This document shows, piece after piece, positions 27,843-41,640 of a stretch of 64,000 bases of DNA. The position numbers and the translations under genes were made by a program. The notes under the pieces were generated by a model that saw only the letters and a list, made by a program, of their open reading frames with translations, ran no database searches and had not been told where the DNA came from. How positions within the stretch are numbered: the stretch's first letter is position 1; each line of letters begins with the position of its first letter. Source of the stretch: the human T2T-CHM13v2.0 reference genome, Homo sapiens; the NCBI RefSeq assembly GCF_009914755.1, contig NC_060931.1; one strand, written 5' to 3'.

Positions 27843-30126
27843 GAAGACTCAATGGATTAATCTATGCAGAATGGATTAATGCTGTTATTGCAGGAGAGGG
27901 TTCTCTGGAGAGTGGATTCCTGATAAAACGATCAGTTCAGGTTTTATTTTCTCTGTCTCATGCATGCACTTCCACTTCCTGTTTTCCACCATGGGATGAC
28001 TCTTGCCAGATGCCAGCACCACACTCTTGGACTTCTCAGCCTCCAGAACTGTGAGCAAAATAAACTTCTGTTCTTTATAAGTTACCCAGTCTGTGATACT
28101 CTGTTATAGCAGCAGAAAATAAACTAAGAAAGAACATCGGTACCAAGAAGTGGGGCTGTTGCTATAATGAATACTTGAAAATGTGGATGAGACTTTGGAA
28201 CTGGGTTATAAGTGGAGACTAGAAGAATTTGGAGGAGTGGGTTTAAAACAGCCTAGATTGCCATTAATGGAACATCAAGTATGCTTCTGTTGAGTATTCA
28301 AAAGAAAAGAAAACTAAGGAACGTCTAAATCTTCTTAGAGATTACTTAAGTGGTTGTGAACACAATGCTGGTAGAACGCCATACCAATGCTGGTAAAGGC
28401 CAGTCTGAGAAGGCCTCAGATGGAAATGAGGAATACGGTATTGCAAACTGAAGTAAAAGCTATCCTTGTTGTACAGGAGCAAAGCACTTGGGTGAATTGT
28501 GTTCATGCCTGAGGGCTTTATGGAATGTGGAACTTAAGAATGATGAACCGGGATACCTGGTGGAAGAAGTTTCTAAGCAGCAAACCATGTAGGCTGTTGC
28601 ATGGCTACTTTTAACCGCATAAAATGAGATGAAGAAGAAAGGAATGACTTAAAGGCAGATTTTTATAATTAAAATAAAATTTAAGTGGAAATGTTTGGAA
28701 AATTTGTGGCCTGGCCATGTAAAGAATGAAAAGGCTGTTTAAAAGGAAATACTAGGTATTATTGACCATTTACTAAAGACAGTACCAGGGATAGAAGGGA
28801 TCAAGGTGCTATTCATTAAGACAGTGAGAGAAAGACACTGAAGGCATTTTGGAGATCTTCTAGGCCACTCCTCCTATCACAGGTCCAGAGTTCTAAGAGG
28901 GTGGAATGGTTTTCAGGGGTGAGCCCTGGGTGCCCTCCATGAGCTCATTGTCAAGGCCCATCTCAGAACTCTGCTCCCTGCATTCTGAAGCAGTGCTTTT
29001 TAGCTTCCTCATCTTTGACGCAGAGGGACCCAGGTGTAGTTGAATCCACTACTTCAGAAGGTACAAGCTGTAAATTTTGGTGGTGTCCATGTGGCACTAA
29101 TTCTGCAGGCATGCAGAATTCAAGAGCTATGGGGACATAGCTACTTCACCTAGATTTCAAAGGATGTCACAGGTAGTATGGGGGTTTAGGAAGAAACCTG
29201 CTACAATGGCAGAGCCATCTCAAAAAATTCTCATTAGGGTAAAACTCTGTGGAGCTACAGGAACAGGGCTACTGGCAAGAACACAGAACTATGAGGTCAC
29301 CAACATGCAACTCCAACCTATGAGAGCTGCTGGATAGACTGAGTCCAGCAAAGCTATAGGGGCAGGGTTGCCTGAGGCCTTTGGGGTCCATCTCCAGCCC
29401 CACTGTATCCAGGAAGTAGGACGTGGAGCCAAAGGAAATTATTTTCCAACTGTAAGCTTTAATGTTGTTTTTCCTGTTGGGTTTTAGACATACTTGGGAC
29501 CAGTTAGCTCTTTCTTTTTGCCCTTATCGCTGCTTGTCATACCATTTTATTTTGGAAGTAGATAACTTGTTTTAGCTTCATAGATCAAAAGCTGAAGGCA
29601 ATTTGCCTAAGAATGAATCATTCCTTGAGTCTCACCCATATCTTACTTAGATGACACTGTAGATTTTGGACTTTTGAACTGGCACTGGAACCAGTTAAAA
29701 TTTTAGCTCTATTGGGATGGAATGAATGTATTTTGCATTGTGAGAAGGACATAAATATTGGGGGCCAGAGAAGAAATGATATAGTTTGAATATGTCCTCC
29801 AAATTTCATGTGTTGGAAACTTATTCTCTCATGAAACAGTGTTGAAAAGTGGAAACTTTAGGAGGTAATTAATCCATGAAAACATTAATGCTGTTATCAT
29901 GGGAGTGGGCTAGTTATCTTGGGAGTGGGCCCCTCAGAAAAAGAGAGCTCTCATGCGCTTGCTTCTTCCTCTCACCTTCCACCACAGGATGACCCTTGAC
30001 AGATGCTGGCACCATGCTCTTGGATCTCTCAGCTTCCATAACTGTGAGCCTAATAAGTGTTTGTACTTTGTAAATTACCTAGTCTGTGGCATTCTGTTAT
30101 AGCAGCAAAAAAAACAGGCTAAAACA
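27843..30126 (+). mobile_element. MSTC/MSTD MaLR provirus: partial 5' LTR (~27843-28131), internal region (28132-29776), 3' LTR (29777-30126)
   Basis: Both LTRs share CAGATGC...CCA..CTCTTGGA...ACTGTGAGC...TTACC.AGTCTGTG...CTGTTATAGCAGCA. Purine tract GGGGCCAGAGAAGAAA precedes the 3' LTR TG. The internal MaLR ORF remnant (SDGNEE...LWNVELKNDEPGYLVEEVSKQ) is homologous to the THE1-int ORF. Confidence 0.9.
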
Positions 30127-30239
30127 ACACTTTAAGAATTTTTTTTCTAATAATAATTGTTGCTAGCACTATGTTCTGAAAACAATAATAAATTGCTTAT
30201 GATTAATTGCGTCACTTATTACTCATGACCCTACTATTG

Positions 30240-30410
30240 ACCCTGACTACTCATGACCCTTATTATTATCTTCATAGTGCAGGTGAGAAAACCAAGGCTT
30301 GGCAAGGTGAGGGGACTTGAGAAACTTCACAAAATTTCTAAAAGGTATTGTTGGGAATCAAACCCAGGGAAGCCTGACATGAAAGCATAGGTTCTTAATC
30401 AATGTCCTAT
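30240..30410 (-). mobile_element. MIR
   Basis: TATTATTATCTTCATAGTGCAGGTGAGAAAACCAAGGCTT...GGGAATCAAACCCAGG. Confidence 0.7.
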
Positions 30411-30599
30411 AGGGCTTTTCCAGATAAAGGTTTTATGCTTTATCGATTATGGACTGAACTTCAAAAACACTCAATTAGCCTTTCTTCCTGACACTATCAG
30501 AGTCTTTAAAAATAATGTGTTATTTGTACCAGATCGTGAAAGGTATATGGCTTTCAACAAAGGGAATGTTGAAGAAAGAAACACACAAAAAGGGAAACA

Positions 30600-31460
30600 T
30601 GGTGATTTAGAGTTTGTACATATCAAGTTTGAGATGCCAGAATGACATCCAGGAAGAAAAGCTCAATAGGCAACTGAATGGGAATCTGGGTCCCTCATCA
30701 ATTTAAAAGGTCAGAGCTAGACATATAGATCTGTGAGTTGTTTGCATGGAAGTGATAGGTAAAACAATAGAAATATCTGAAATAGTCTGCAAAGAGAAAT
30801 CAGAAGCTAAAAAACAAGGCTGGTGAAGGATTCCTGAAAATATCTGCATTTGGAGAAAGATGGAAATAAAGAACTCAGCAATGGTGACTGGGATGATTCA
30901 TCGAAGTGAGAGGAGGAAAATCAGAAACATGAAGCGTCAAAGTAACCAAGAGTAGGAACAGTAGAACAAAGAAACAGTAGAAGAAAATGTTTTGGAGATG
31001 TTTAATAGGGTAAAGGAGTCAGTTGTTGAAAATTAGAAAGATACTGCTAAGCTTAAAGAAAGCAATTTCAGTCAGCTAGTAAAATGAACGACTGATTGTG
31101 TTAGAGTGGTTAATTAAGATGAAGAATTAGACATGTCGAGTGTATAAAATTGTTTCTAGAAGTTTGACCAGAAAGAGAAGCATGGGTATGAGCAGGTTTC
31201 TGAGTGGGAAGAAGAATCTGGAGAAGATTGTTTTGCTTTGCTTTTTAAAATTAGTATTAGCCTGTAGAAATTTGAGTGTGTGACTGCTGAAGAGAAAAAA
31301 AAGCTTGTCAAAGAAAGACTGAATGAACAAACCTGGAGATAAATAAAAGACAAAAGAGATTGATGAGGAGCAAGATCCTGGAAGACGCAAAGTGAGAAAC
31401 TCTCAGCAAAAAGCAGGAGAGGTGAGATTTAAGTGTGAGAAGGCAGTGCTGCCTTGGAGA
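30600..31460 (-). mobile_element. L2 fragment
   Basis: TTTGTACATATCAAGTTTGAGATGCC...ACATCCAGG...AATAGGCAACTGAAT...AGGTCAGAGCTAGACATATAGAT. Confidence 0.7.
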
Positions 31461-31589
31461 TAGGAAATGCGGGCAGGACTCGTGAGGGTACAGGACACAT
31501 TCATGGGAGTCATGAATCTGTTTCCTTTCCAGTAGTTATGATCAACTAATCGTAAGTTTTTACTTTTAGATTTAGGAAGGATTTATAGA

Positions 31590-31756
31590 TAGGACTACAG
31601 GTGCATGACACTGTTCCCAGCTAATTTTCTATTTTTTGTAGAAATGGGGTGCCACTGTGCTGCTCAGGCTGGTCCTGAAGTCCTGGCTCAAGGGATCCCC
31701 TTGCCTTGGCCTCCCAAAGTGCTGAGACTCACAGGGATGAGCCTCTGTTCCTGGCC
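31590..31756 (-). mobile_element. AluJ, partial (left arm plus part of right arm)
   Basis: GCTAATTTTCTATTTTTTGTAGAAATGGGG...GGCCTCCCAAAGTGCTGAGA. Confidence 0.85.
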
Positions 31757-31998
31757 TCTGATTTATTATTATATAATACAAATATTTTTATATAATATAA
31801 TATAATACAGAACCTCCAACTAAGAGATGAAATCTGCTATATCTATGGCCCCTCATTTTACTACAGAAACTTGTCAAGGTTTTAATACTAAAAGTAAAGC
31901 TACCAAAATGATAGCTTTAGAGGCTCTTTTCTTTCTAATAAAATAAATTATACAAACACACATACACTCCTATTTTAAGATTCAGGCTTATATATATT

Positions 31999-32003
<5 letters not shown>

Positions 32004-32031
<28 letters not shown>
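32004..32031. repeat. (CA)14 microsatellite
   Basis: Direct reading. Confidence 0.95.
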
Positions 32032-32033
<2 letters not shown>

Positions 32034-32187
32034 GAATTTCTTGTGTAATGAAGAAAAACGTAAATTGAGAGATTATCCAGCAAAAAATTAAAAGTAAAAT
32101 TTTTGCATTTTATTCAACACTAAAAACTTGTTTGTTAATATTTTTAGTTTTAACTGAAGTAGGAAGTAATCCTTCATTTAATGTAAT

Positions 32188-32485
32188 TTTTTTAAGAGAC
32201 AAGGTCTTGCTTTATTGCCCAGGTTGGAGTGCAGTGGAACCATCATAGCTAACTCTTCACTGCAACCTTGAACTCCTGGACTCAAGTGATCCTCCTGCCT
32301 CAGCCTCTTGAGTAGCTGAGACTACAGGCAGGTGCCATCACTCCCAGCTAACTTTTTTTATTTTTAGTAGAGATGGGGTCTTAGTATTTTGCCCAGGCTG
32401 GTCTCCAACTCCTGGGCTCAAGTGATCCTCCAGCCTCAGTCTCCCAATGTGCTGAGTTTATAGGCATGAGTGACCGCACCCAGCC
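32188..32485 (-). mobile_element. AluJ, full length
   Basis: AluJ diagnostics (CATCATAGCT, CTCCTGGGCTCAAGTGATCCTCC); 14-bp TSD TCATTTAATGTAAT at 32174-32187 and 32486-32499. Confidence 0.95.
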
Positions 32486-33039
32486 TCATTTAATGTAATA
32501 TTTGCAGCTATTAACATATTGTTACAATAATGAGTGAGTTTAGTATGATATTAATGGTGAAATTACTGAGTTTGCATTCTGGACATTATTTCTACAACTT
32601 GTAAAACTCTTACCTAGATAACAAATCTTAAAATGCCCAGAGTTAATTATCCTGGAGTAAGAATATCTCAATTGTCCCCTCATATAATGCCAAGAAGGAG
32701 TTGACTCCATGGTAACATATCAAAGTTTAGAATGGAAATACAATTCCTACTCTGCAGGTACCTGGTAATGACATATGCCCGGTTTTTCACAAAGAAGATA
32801 AAAGTGTAGTCCTTGATTTGCTCAGACCAAAAGGTGACCTCAGGGTGTTTCGCAGATGACCTGACTCTACTGAATTGCCTATGGACAAAAACCATGTACT
32901 AGATATGTAGATGACAGTAGAGGATGCTTTTTAAGTCATACTGGCTAAAAACATTTTTAAAATTCAGAACAATTACCACCTCATCATAAAAGCCTACTCT
33001 AGCTATTCTTTCTAAAATATTAACTTTCAGACCCTTCCT

Positions 33040-33240
33040 AATGGGTCTTATTTATTATTCTTCCTAGATAAACTGCACATATAACATATTTTTTGTTTCT
33101 CTTTTCTGTCTCTCTTCTCAAGAAAGTAAGCTACATGAGAGAAGGGACCTTGTGGTGGTGTTTACTGCAGTATCACTAACACCTGGAATACAGAAAGTGT
33201 TTGATAAATATTTTAAATGCATAAATAAATGCATGAACAG
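33040..33240 (+). mobile_element. L2 3' end
   Basis: AGAAAGTAAGCTACATGAGAGAAGGGACCTTGT...GTTTACTGCAGTATC...ATAAATATTT. Confidence 0.65.
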
Positions 33241-35196
33241 GTCTGAACTGTTTAGAATTCACTCACCCAAGAGTTATTGTGTTTTTGATGTATATATAAC
33301 ATTAAAATATGTGACAGGCTGACTTTTAAATATATGTTATTTGATGGTGAAAACTATACCTCATATATTTGATTGCTATATATATAATCTTTGGTGGGCA
33401 CAACCCTTATGCAAATTAATACTAGGGATTTTTGGTGTAAGTGAAGATATATGATTAGCTCTATTGTATCCTGAAGGCCCAGAAGGATTGTGATAAAATA
33501 AATGAAAACATAAAACCAGGGAGGTCAAAGAGAATGGGATGGAAAATTATGTATGAGAAATATAGAAATTTTGAAAGCTGAAGAGGCAACCTAGGAGTGG
33601 TAGCTGACTTTGTAGAACTAAAAACAATGAAACCTGAGCCTTCAGGGGGTGGGAGCCAAGAGGACGTAAGGTGATTCATGCTGCCAAACCTTAGAAAAAC
33701 TCAGGAATTGTAGCTACCAAATTCCTGTGAGGGTGAAAAAGTAAGGTAAGGAAGATTGATTGAAAATTAAGATAGGGGTTAGTTAGCCAGCCACCAAGGG
33801 TACAGGGGAAGAGGACCAGAGGTTTACTTTCCTAAAAGTTTGAATCACAAAGCCAATATGCACATTCATGGACTCCAGACCCAGGTAGATCATCAAGATG
33901 AAAACAAAGGGGATGCATTAAAATTTCCATGCTGAAAAATGAGAAATTACAGGCCTTTTTCTCTGTCTGGTTGACTTGTTTATTGTCTTTTTTTTTTTTC
34001 CTAGTTTGAATAGCACTGGACTTAATCTGAGTCAGTTACAGTAATTGAGACAATGCAAGGGGAATTTGTAAAATACTACTACCTACCAAAGCTGTCCTTT
34101 TAAACGTATGTGTAATAAGCCCAAAATATATGGGACTAGAGCTTGAGGAATACTAGATGTTAAAAAGGAAAATCAATGTTAGCTTTCAATCCCAATTTAA
34201 ATGAATTGAACTATTAAAAAATCAGAGCTACAAAGGAAACATGCTGCCACGGAACAATTTCAGTGTTCTTGACTGACATAAGCAAATTGGAACTATAAGA
34301 AGGATCAAGGCTGCAAATGGCTTTGAAAGCCATAAATTGTAAAATCAATATGCTAAGCTACTGGAAGCCAATGTGAAAAACACAGTGCAGGAGCACTCTC
34401 ACCATCCTGCCTGGCTCCCCCCAATGCCTGGCATCTGCATTCTGTAAATTAAATTTCAACAGGTTTGGTTTTCTTGCCAAATAGATCTACTGCTCTTACT
34501 AGAAAAAAATAATGTTCTTTAAGTAAAGATTTTTTTTTAAAAAAAGAGGGATACCCTTAATATTAGGACAAGCAACAATTTAGCTCTCGATATCAGAAAC
34601 TGAGCTAAATAACCAAAGCTTAGGATAGAATAAAACGAACAACAATTTAAAAAATGGAATAACAAGAAAAATGAAGAAAGTGAAAGAAATGGGATAGAAT
34701 AAAAAAGAAATTGAGAAGAGGGAGAGAAAGAGAGACACAGAGACAGACACAGAGAGATGGAGGGAAACTCTGGGAAATAGAATGAAATAAAATGCCATCA
34801 ACTATTTGCAGTAAAGCTGAGGCTCATAGGACCCTCTTTATATCAGGATCAATAGTGTCCTGAGGTTGGGTGAGATCTCTGAGGTTTTGTCTTGTTCTTC
34901 TCCCTCTGTCTCCCTACCCAGGTGGGAGGTCCAAATGCAGTGACCATGTGTGGTCTCCCCAATCCCTCTCCTTCCAGAGCAGATAATGATTCATGTGGGA
35001 AGACTAGTTAGTATTTGGACACATCACCATCACTATCCCTGATACTCTTAAAAGGGCAAGGTAAGGAAATATTGAAATTACATCTCATCCCATTGCCTAG
35101 ACTTCACTTCAGCTCAGGCTGTTTTCAAATAACATAGAAGATATCCAAAGATTCTACGTAACGAGTAAAAAACCAAATTCAAAATTAGTTATGTAC

Positions 35197-35503
<307 letters not shown>

Positions 35504-35779
35504 TTATTCATTATGAAAAAACCCATATAAAAGGCATGAAGTAAAAAGGCCAAGAAAACAGTAACAATGGCTTTATTTTTATAGAAGCATTAAAAGTATA
35601 TTTTATCATTCAAATGTTTGTAAAAGATTATATTATTTAAATATTAAAATGACATTTGGTGATATAAAATAAGATGTGCTATAGATTTGTTTTGTTTTGT
35701 TTTCCATCCCTCTGCTTCAGGACGAATGTGCTCTTGATTTGGAAAAAAAGTTACCTCCATTCTTTTTATTTAATTTTTT

Positions 35780-35940
35780 TCTTTAAGTAAAATTTTAATT
35801 GATGTGTGATACATAGAAAGAAAAATGCAAAATGTGTAAGTGTACAGCTCTATGAATTTTGCAAAGTGAATATATTATCGTAAGCACAACAGTAACCAAA
35901 ACATTAACACTATACAAAAATTCTTTTGTGGCCCCTCACA
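35780..35940 (-). mobile_element. L1M(B/E) 3' end fragment
   Basis: AAAATGCAAAATGTGTAAGTGTACAGCTCTATGAATTTTGCAAAGTGAA. Confidence 0.6.
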
Positions 35941-38900
35941 GGCTATTTAACCTCTTTCATGTTTATTTACTAATTCTGTGTCCCCCTTTATTATTCTTTT
36001 CTAGGGGTTTAAAATACATCCTTTCCTGAATTGTCTTTTTGGTTCATTTTTTTTTATTTGAAAGAAAAAATTTAAAAATCTTATTTATTTAAATGAAAGT
36101 AATATACATGGAAAAACCGACACATCAATTATGACTTAATTTGGGCTTCTAGCCTACTAGTTAAACTACATTATATTGTCTAGACTTTTGAAAAAATAAA
36201 CTCATATTCAATGAGTTTCTCCAAGGAACCTGTCCAATTTTCTCCTACCATTTCAGAGTATAGAATGTTAAATCATTAGGATAAGTAGACAATTACAGAT
36301 AAATGTTAACAAGCATCACGATTAGAATTACCACTCTGCTAGAAATAAATTTAGTTTTTTTGTGTATGTGTTAATATTCTGTATGTTAAACATGGGCCAA
36401 AATAATACTATGTTCCCATTCAGAATAGTTTATATTTGTGAAACTAATATCATCTTATCATCTAGAACATGTAGCATACATGGGAAATAATTCTTACATA
36501 AAAAAAGCCTTGTATGTCTGTAGATCAGTCTGTTATTATAACTCTATAAGTGAACACTCTTAATTTGATATATGTATGAACTAGATAGATGCATAAGTCA
36601 TATACAATGTATTAATATGATATATGTAATACATATACAATATACAAATTTAAAAATTAATACATTTAATAGAAAATATATTTTTTGATTAATGAATTTC
36701 TTTTGAAACATACACATTCACTCAGTTGTTGGAGTTATAAATGTTAAGCCACAACTTCTAACTGAAATAAAAGTCATCATAATATGCTCTAAATGAATAA
36801 CTTTCACAGAAATCCTGTGTTCATTACAAAGATCTCCTTGTGTTCCTGATGGATCCTCCAACTTGCTGACACAGACATGTTTTATAAAGTTATTTTTTCA
36901 TATTACATTTACAGAGATTTCCATAGAGATTAAAATGCTTTCATTTAAGTTACTATTATTCACTCACTCACGTCCTATCAAAAGCAGTGTTAATCTTGAA
37001 TTAGTGGTATTTCATTCAGTTAAAGAAAACACTTGACTTCATGCCCCATCCTGAAGGTACACAGAGGCAATATCTGAGTTTTAAATTTATAAATATGTGG
37101 GTCTTGGAAACTTGAAGAAATTAGTGCAAAATACTTACATTTCTATTGTGGGCCCGCTATGATAATTCTAGCATAAATAGAGAAAATTTCTGAAAACATT
37201 TTGGAAATTTTAATCCAACACCTACCCTGATAGGTGGGCCAGCCAGATGCAGCAAAAAGAAAATGGAGAATGGGGCAAGTCATCGTTGTCACTCCAAAAA
37301 AAGGAAGTGTCCTCATTAAATGAAGCTCAAAGCCTAGGCTTTCTCAGAGTGGCCTGGAAGTCTGATCCCTGGAAGGCAGACCAGAATGACTGTCTTCATA
37401 GCAACCCTGGGCTGAACAGCAATCTGGCCAAGCATATTACCAACAAAAATCAGGGATTTCAGTAATACGTTAGTATCAGTAATTTGGATGGAAATTAAAT
37501 TACAACAATTTTCCCCAAAATTTCCTTGATATTTAGCAGTTCTTTCAGTTATGAATCTAGGCAACAAACCCATTGCTAATCACTATACAACTATACCATT
37601 GTATCAATTGTATTGTAGTAGTTGCAAATATCTTGAAATTTCATTTAAGCTCATCACTGTTTTGTGATCCCAGTAGTTATTAGACCAACTCTGAGAACTT
37701 ATTATATAATTCGTTGATAAGCATATCACAGTTTTAGTTCTTGATAAATTTATAGCTGAACTTCAGTATTACTGTTTTTGTTTTTGTTTTGTTTTTGTAA
37801 TCTTACATATTTTACTATATGGACTTTAGAACCCTATTAAGAGAAGGAATGCATAGATTTCACCAAAATACCAAAGGTGTACATGGCTCATAGTCAAGGC
37901 ACTCAGAATGCAGACCACAAGTTAAGCAGCAGCATCATATCACATAAAGTCTTAAGGTGCAGAGTGATATTCATGGCATACCTGTGTGGCTCTAGTCAGT
38001 ACCTTAAGCACTCCCTAGGAGATTGCAAACGTGCTAATGTCCACAAAGGGATTGGGAGTGATTGGGTGAAGGAATTATTTACATAAAACACATATGGATA
38101 GCTCAAGAAATAATATTTCTCTCCTTTGTCAGCATTAGTCGTCAGCACCTGGTACAAAATTCCTGCTAAAGTAAGTAAACCTGTCATCTCATTGCTGAAG
38201 TTATAACGAGATTTTGGGAATCACAGCAGAAAGTACTTCCCCCAGAGGTCATCCTTTCAAACCAAAAAATGGGATTTAGTGAATGATTAGTGACTGCTAA
38301 AGATCCAGTGACTGAAGAACTACTACCATGCTTTCACATTGCTGAGACATAGGGGAGAAATCCTGCCACCCATGCTTCTCATATAGGAGCATTCAATTGT
38401 ACCCAAATCCTCAAAATTAAGCAGAAAATTTTGATCAGATAGATTTACAGTTAGATTCTGAGTCACATTTAAGAAACATGAACAAGTATTACATACCAAG
38501 TGTTGGGGTTCACTAAGTTGAAGATACCACGAGGAGCAAGAAAACTGTCTTGCTGGGTAAGTCCATATTCCCTAAAATTTAAGTGTATTAATTAATTTTG
38601 TGACTAGTAGTTATCGGGTGCCTACTATGCACAAGGAACTAATGTGTTGTTCCTACGAAAATAGTGGATATGTATGATTATAGGAATTATAATATCATAT
38701 AGAAAGGTTTTCTAGCATTATAGAAAAGTTTTTCTTGTACTGATAACATATTGTAGTTGGTAGTCATCATGCATAATCGAAAGGTAATTTTCTTTAGTAG
38801 AACTATATGTGTTAAAATGTTTACCTAGGCTGATGAAGATACTAGCCTACATTTGTGGTATATAACAGAGCAAATTCTGTACAGAGAATCACAGGAAACA

Positions 38901-39725
38901 GTCATATCTAAGTATTAAAGGCACAGGGATAATGTTAAATCTTAGCAAAATATGTGTGGGTGTTAGTGATATAAAAGCTAATTTTAAAAAATGAACTCTG
39001 AAAACTGTCCAATTTCTTCATTTTTATTTCAATCTTAATTCACATTTCCTATATTTAAAATTTTAGAGGCGATTATGGGAAGTTTGAAAGTGTTACTACC
39101 TATTTATGTGATTAGTGCAATTTGGTAATTAATGTAAATAATTACCATCTAGCAATTGTGGTTTGTTATGTTTTAATAAGATATCTAGAATGTAAAGAGA
39201 TTTTATGCAACAATAACATTTTTAATTTAAATCTTTAACCATTTAATTTAAATCTAATCAAACTTTTAATTGACTATACCTTGCAAACTGATGGTTGTAG
39301 TTTCCTGTTTTGAAATGAAAAAATGTTTTCTTTGTGTCTTGTATAAGCTGATACCGGACATCAGTGTTTGCCTGACCGTGCTATTTCATGGCCATCAATC
39401 AAAAGAAAGTAATTGATTTCTCTGGATCTTGGAACACTTCACTTCCCATCACTACTCATTCTTGTGGAATGAGAAACTAGTAAAAAGTGAAACACACACA
39501 CACAAGTCTATGTTCTCTGTGGTAACATAAAACCATAACTTAATATGTTATTTAGAAAGAAAGTCTTAAGGTAGGTGAATTTCTTGAAGTCACTTTTAGA
39601 CAAACTTTTGAGTACCACACCAAAACTTGATGTAATCTTCCTACTGAACCATTGTCTTCCATATTGTGTGTGTATAGTACATACATGTATGTACATGCAT
39701 ACTCATATGTACATATATGTATATA

Positions 39726-40449
39726 TGCCTTAGTCTATCTGGGCTCTTATCTTTTAAATACCATAAGCTGGGCAGCTTATAAACAACAAAAATTTATCGC
39801 TCACAGTTCTGGAGGTTAGGAAGCCCAAGATCAAGACACCAGTATATTCAGTGTCTGGCAAAGTCCCACTTTGTAGTTCATAGATGGCACCTTCTAGCTG
39901 TGTCCTGAAACGCAAAGCAGCTCTCTAGAGTTTCTTTTATAAGGACACTACAGATGCTCCTCAGCTTACCATGGGGTTACATTCCTATAAATCCATCATA
40001 AATTGAAAATATCATAACCTTAACAAGCATTTAATACATCTAACCTACCCAACAACATACCTTGGCCTAGCGTGCCATAAATATGCTCAGAACACTTCCA
40101 TTAGCCTACAGTTGGGCAAAGTTATCTAACACAAAGCTTATTTTATAATCAAGTATTGATGATCATATTTAATTTATTGAATACTGTTCTGAAAGTGAAA
40201 AACAGAATGGTTGTATGAATACTTGAGGTATGGTTCCTATTGAATATATATTGCTTCCCACCATTGTAAAGTCAAAAAACTGTAAGTACTGTCATCGTAA
40301 GTAAGGGTCATCTGTAATCTCATTCATGAAGGCTCCACCTCCAAAGCCTCCACCTCTGAATACCATCACCTTGGGTGACACTAATGCCTTGGGGGCTTAG
40401 AATTTCAACATATGAATTTTGAGTGGACACAGACATTCAGACCATAGTA
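39726..40449 (-). mobile_element. MLT1A-type solo LTR split by MER47A
   Basis: AAACAACAAAAATTTATCGCTCACAGTTCTGGAGG...TTTTATAAGGACACTA, resuming ATCTCATTCATGAAGGCTCCACC...TTTCAACATATGAATTTTG; 5-bp TSD ATATA on both sides. Confidence 0.88.
39951..40314 (+). mobile_element. MER47A (TcMar-Tigger MITE), full length
   Basis: Termini CAGATGCTCCTCAGCTTACCATGG...CATCGTAAGTAAGGGTCATCTG; TA TSD at 39949-39950 and 40315-40316. Confidence 0.9.
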
Positions 40450-40794
40450 ATATATGTATAAATAATTCTTATCTATATATTAGATATATAGATAAATAGA
40501 TCTATATCATATATATATATATCTCCTAAAGTTTCTGTTCTTTTCCCACACACTTCCCTACTCTATTATCCCATAAGCATCCTGTAAAGCAATGATAAAT
40601 ATTTTCCTTCTTTTCTTAACGGTTTAAGAAGAATTTTTGGTAAAAGGAACATGCTAATATCTGCAAAATATAGAGCTGTATAATTGAATTATGATACTAA
40701 TCATTGGGGATATAACAACGAAGAAAGTAATGTCTTTACCCTCAGGGAACTTAAAGTTTAATGGGGGTAAACAGATATGTGAAGAAATAATATG

Positions 40795-41640
40795 CAATTT
40801 CATAAAGAATTCTTGCAAATCCATAAGAAAAAAACAACCAAATAGAAAATTGACAAAGGACATAAATAGGCATTTCCTTTTCACAGAAAAACACAGACAC
40901 CAGAAACCTATAAAATGATGCTCAACATTATCAGTAATAAAAGAATACGAATTAAGATCATAACAGGATTCCATATGACACCTGCTTGATTTGCAAAAAT
41001 TCAGAATTTTAACAAGGCCAAGTGTTGCTGAAGATGTGAAATGATGCACACTCATATATTGCTCATGGGAGTGGAAACTGGTACCACCACTTTTGAAACT
41101 CTTGCACATTTCTATTAGGAGACATGATTAAAAGTATTCATAGGAGCATAATCCACAGTAGTGTTAAACTGCATATATCTAAATATGTAATTGGTAAATA
41201 AATCACAAAATATTTACATAATGGAATTTTAAATAAGCAGTAAAAATTGCTGAACTACAGCTAATTATATTCAACTGAATAAATCTTATAAAATGGTAAA
41301 GTCATAAATAAATGAAAAGTGTCATTTGATAACAAACAGAATAATATTTTTAGGAAGTTTAAAGATAGGACGAACTAAACAATATATTAGGAAAATATGC
41401 ACATGGAGTAAAAACTATATTTTAAAGCAATAAAATAATAAGTAAAGCAAAGCTTAGCATAGCTGTTTCTTCTGGTGGGGAAGGTGGAAGATGGAGTACA
41501 GAAGCAGCAATCAGGTGGCTTCCAAGACCGGTAATGTCTAGGTGTTAAGTTATTTTGATGAGTTTTCTGATGTACAGTTTATCATGATGCCTTACACTTT
41601 AGTATGCACTGCATATGTTTATTTCTATATATTGTGACAC
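40795..41640 (+). mobile_element. L1ME 3' fragment (ORF2 end and 3'UTR)
   Basis: AATAGAAAATTGACAAAGGACATAAATAGGCATTTC...ATGCTCAACATTATCAGTAAT...CCAAGTGTTG...AAACTGGTACCACCACTTTTGAAA. Confidence 0.8.
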
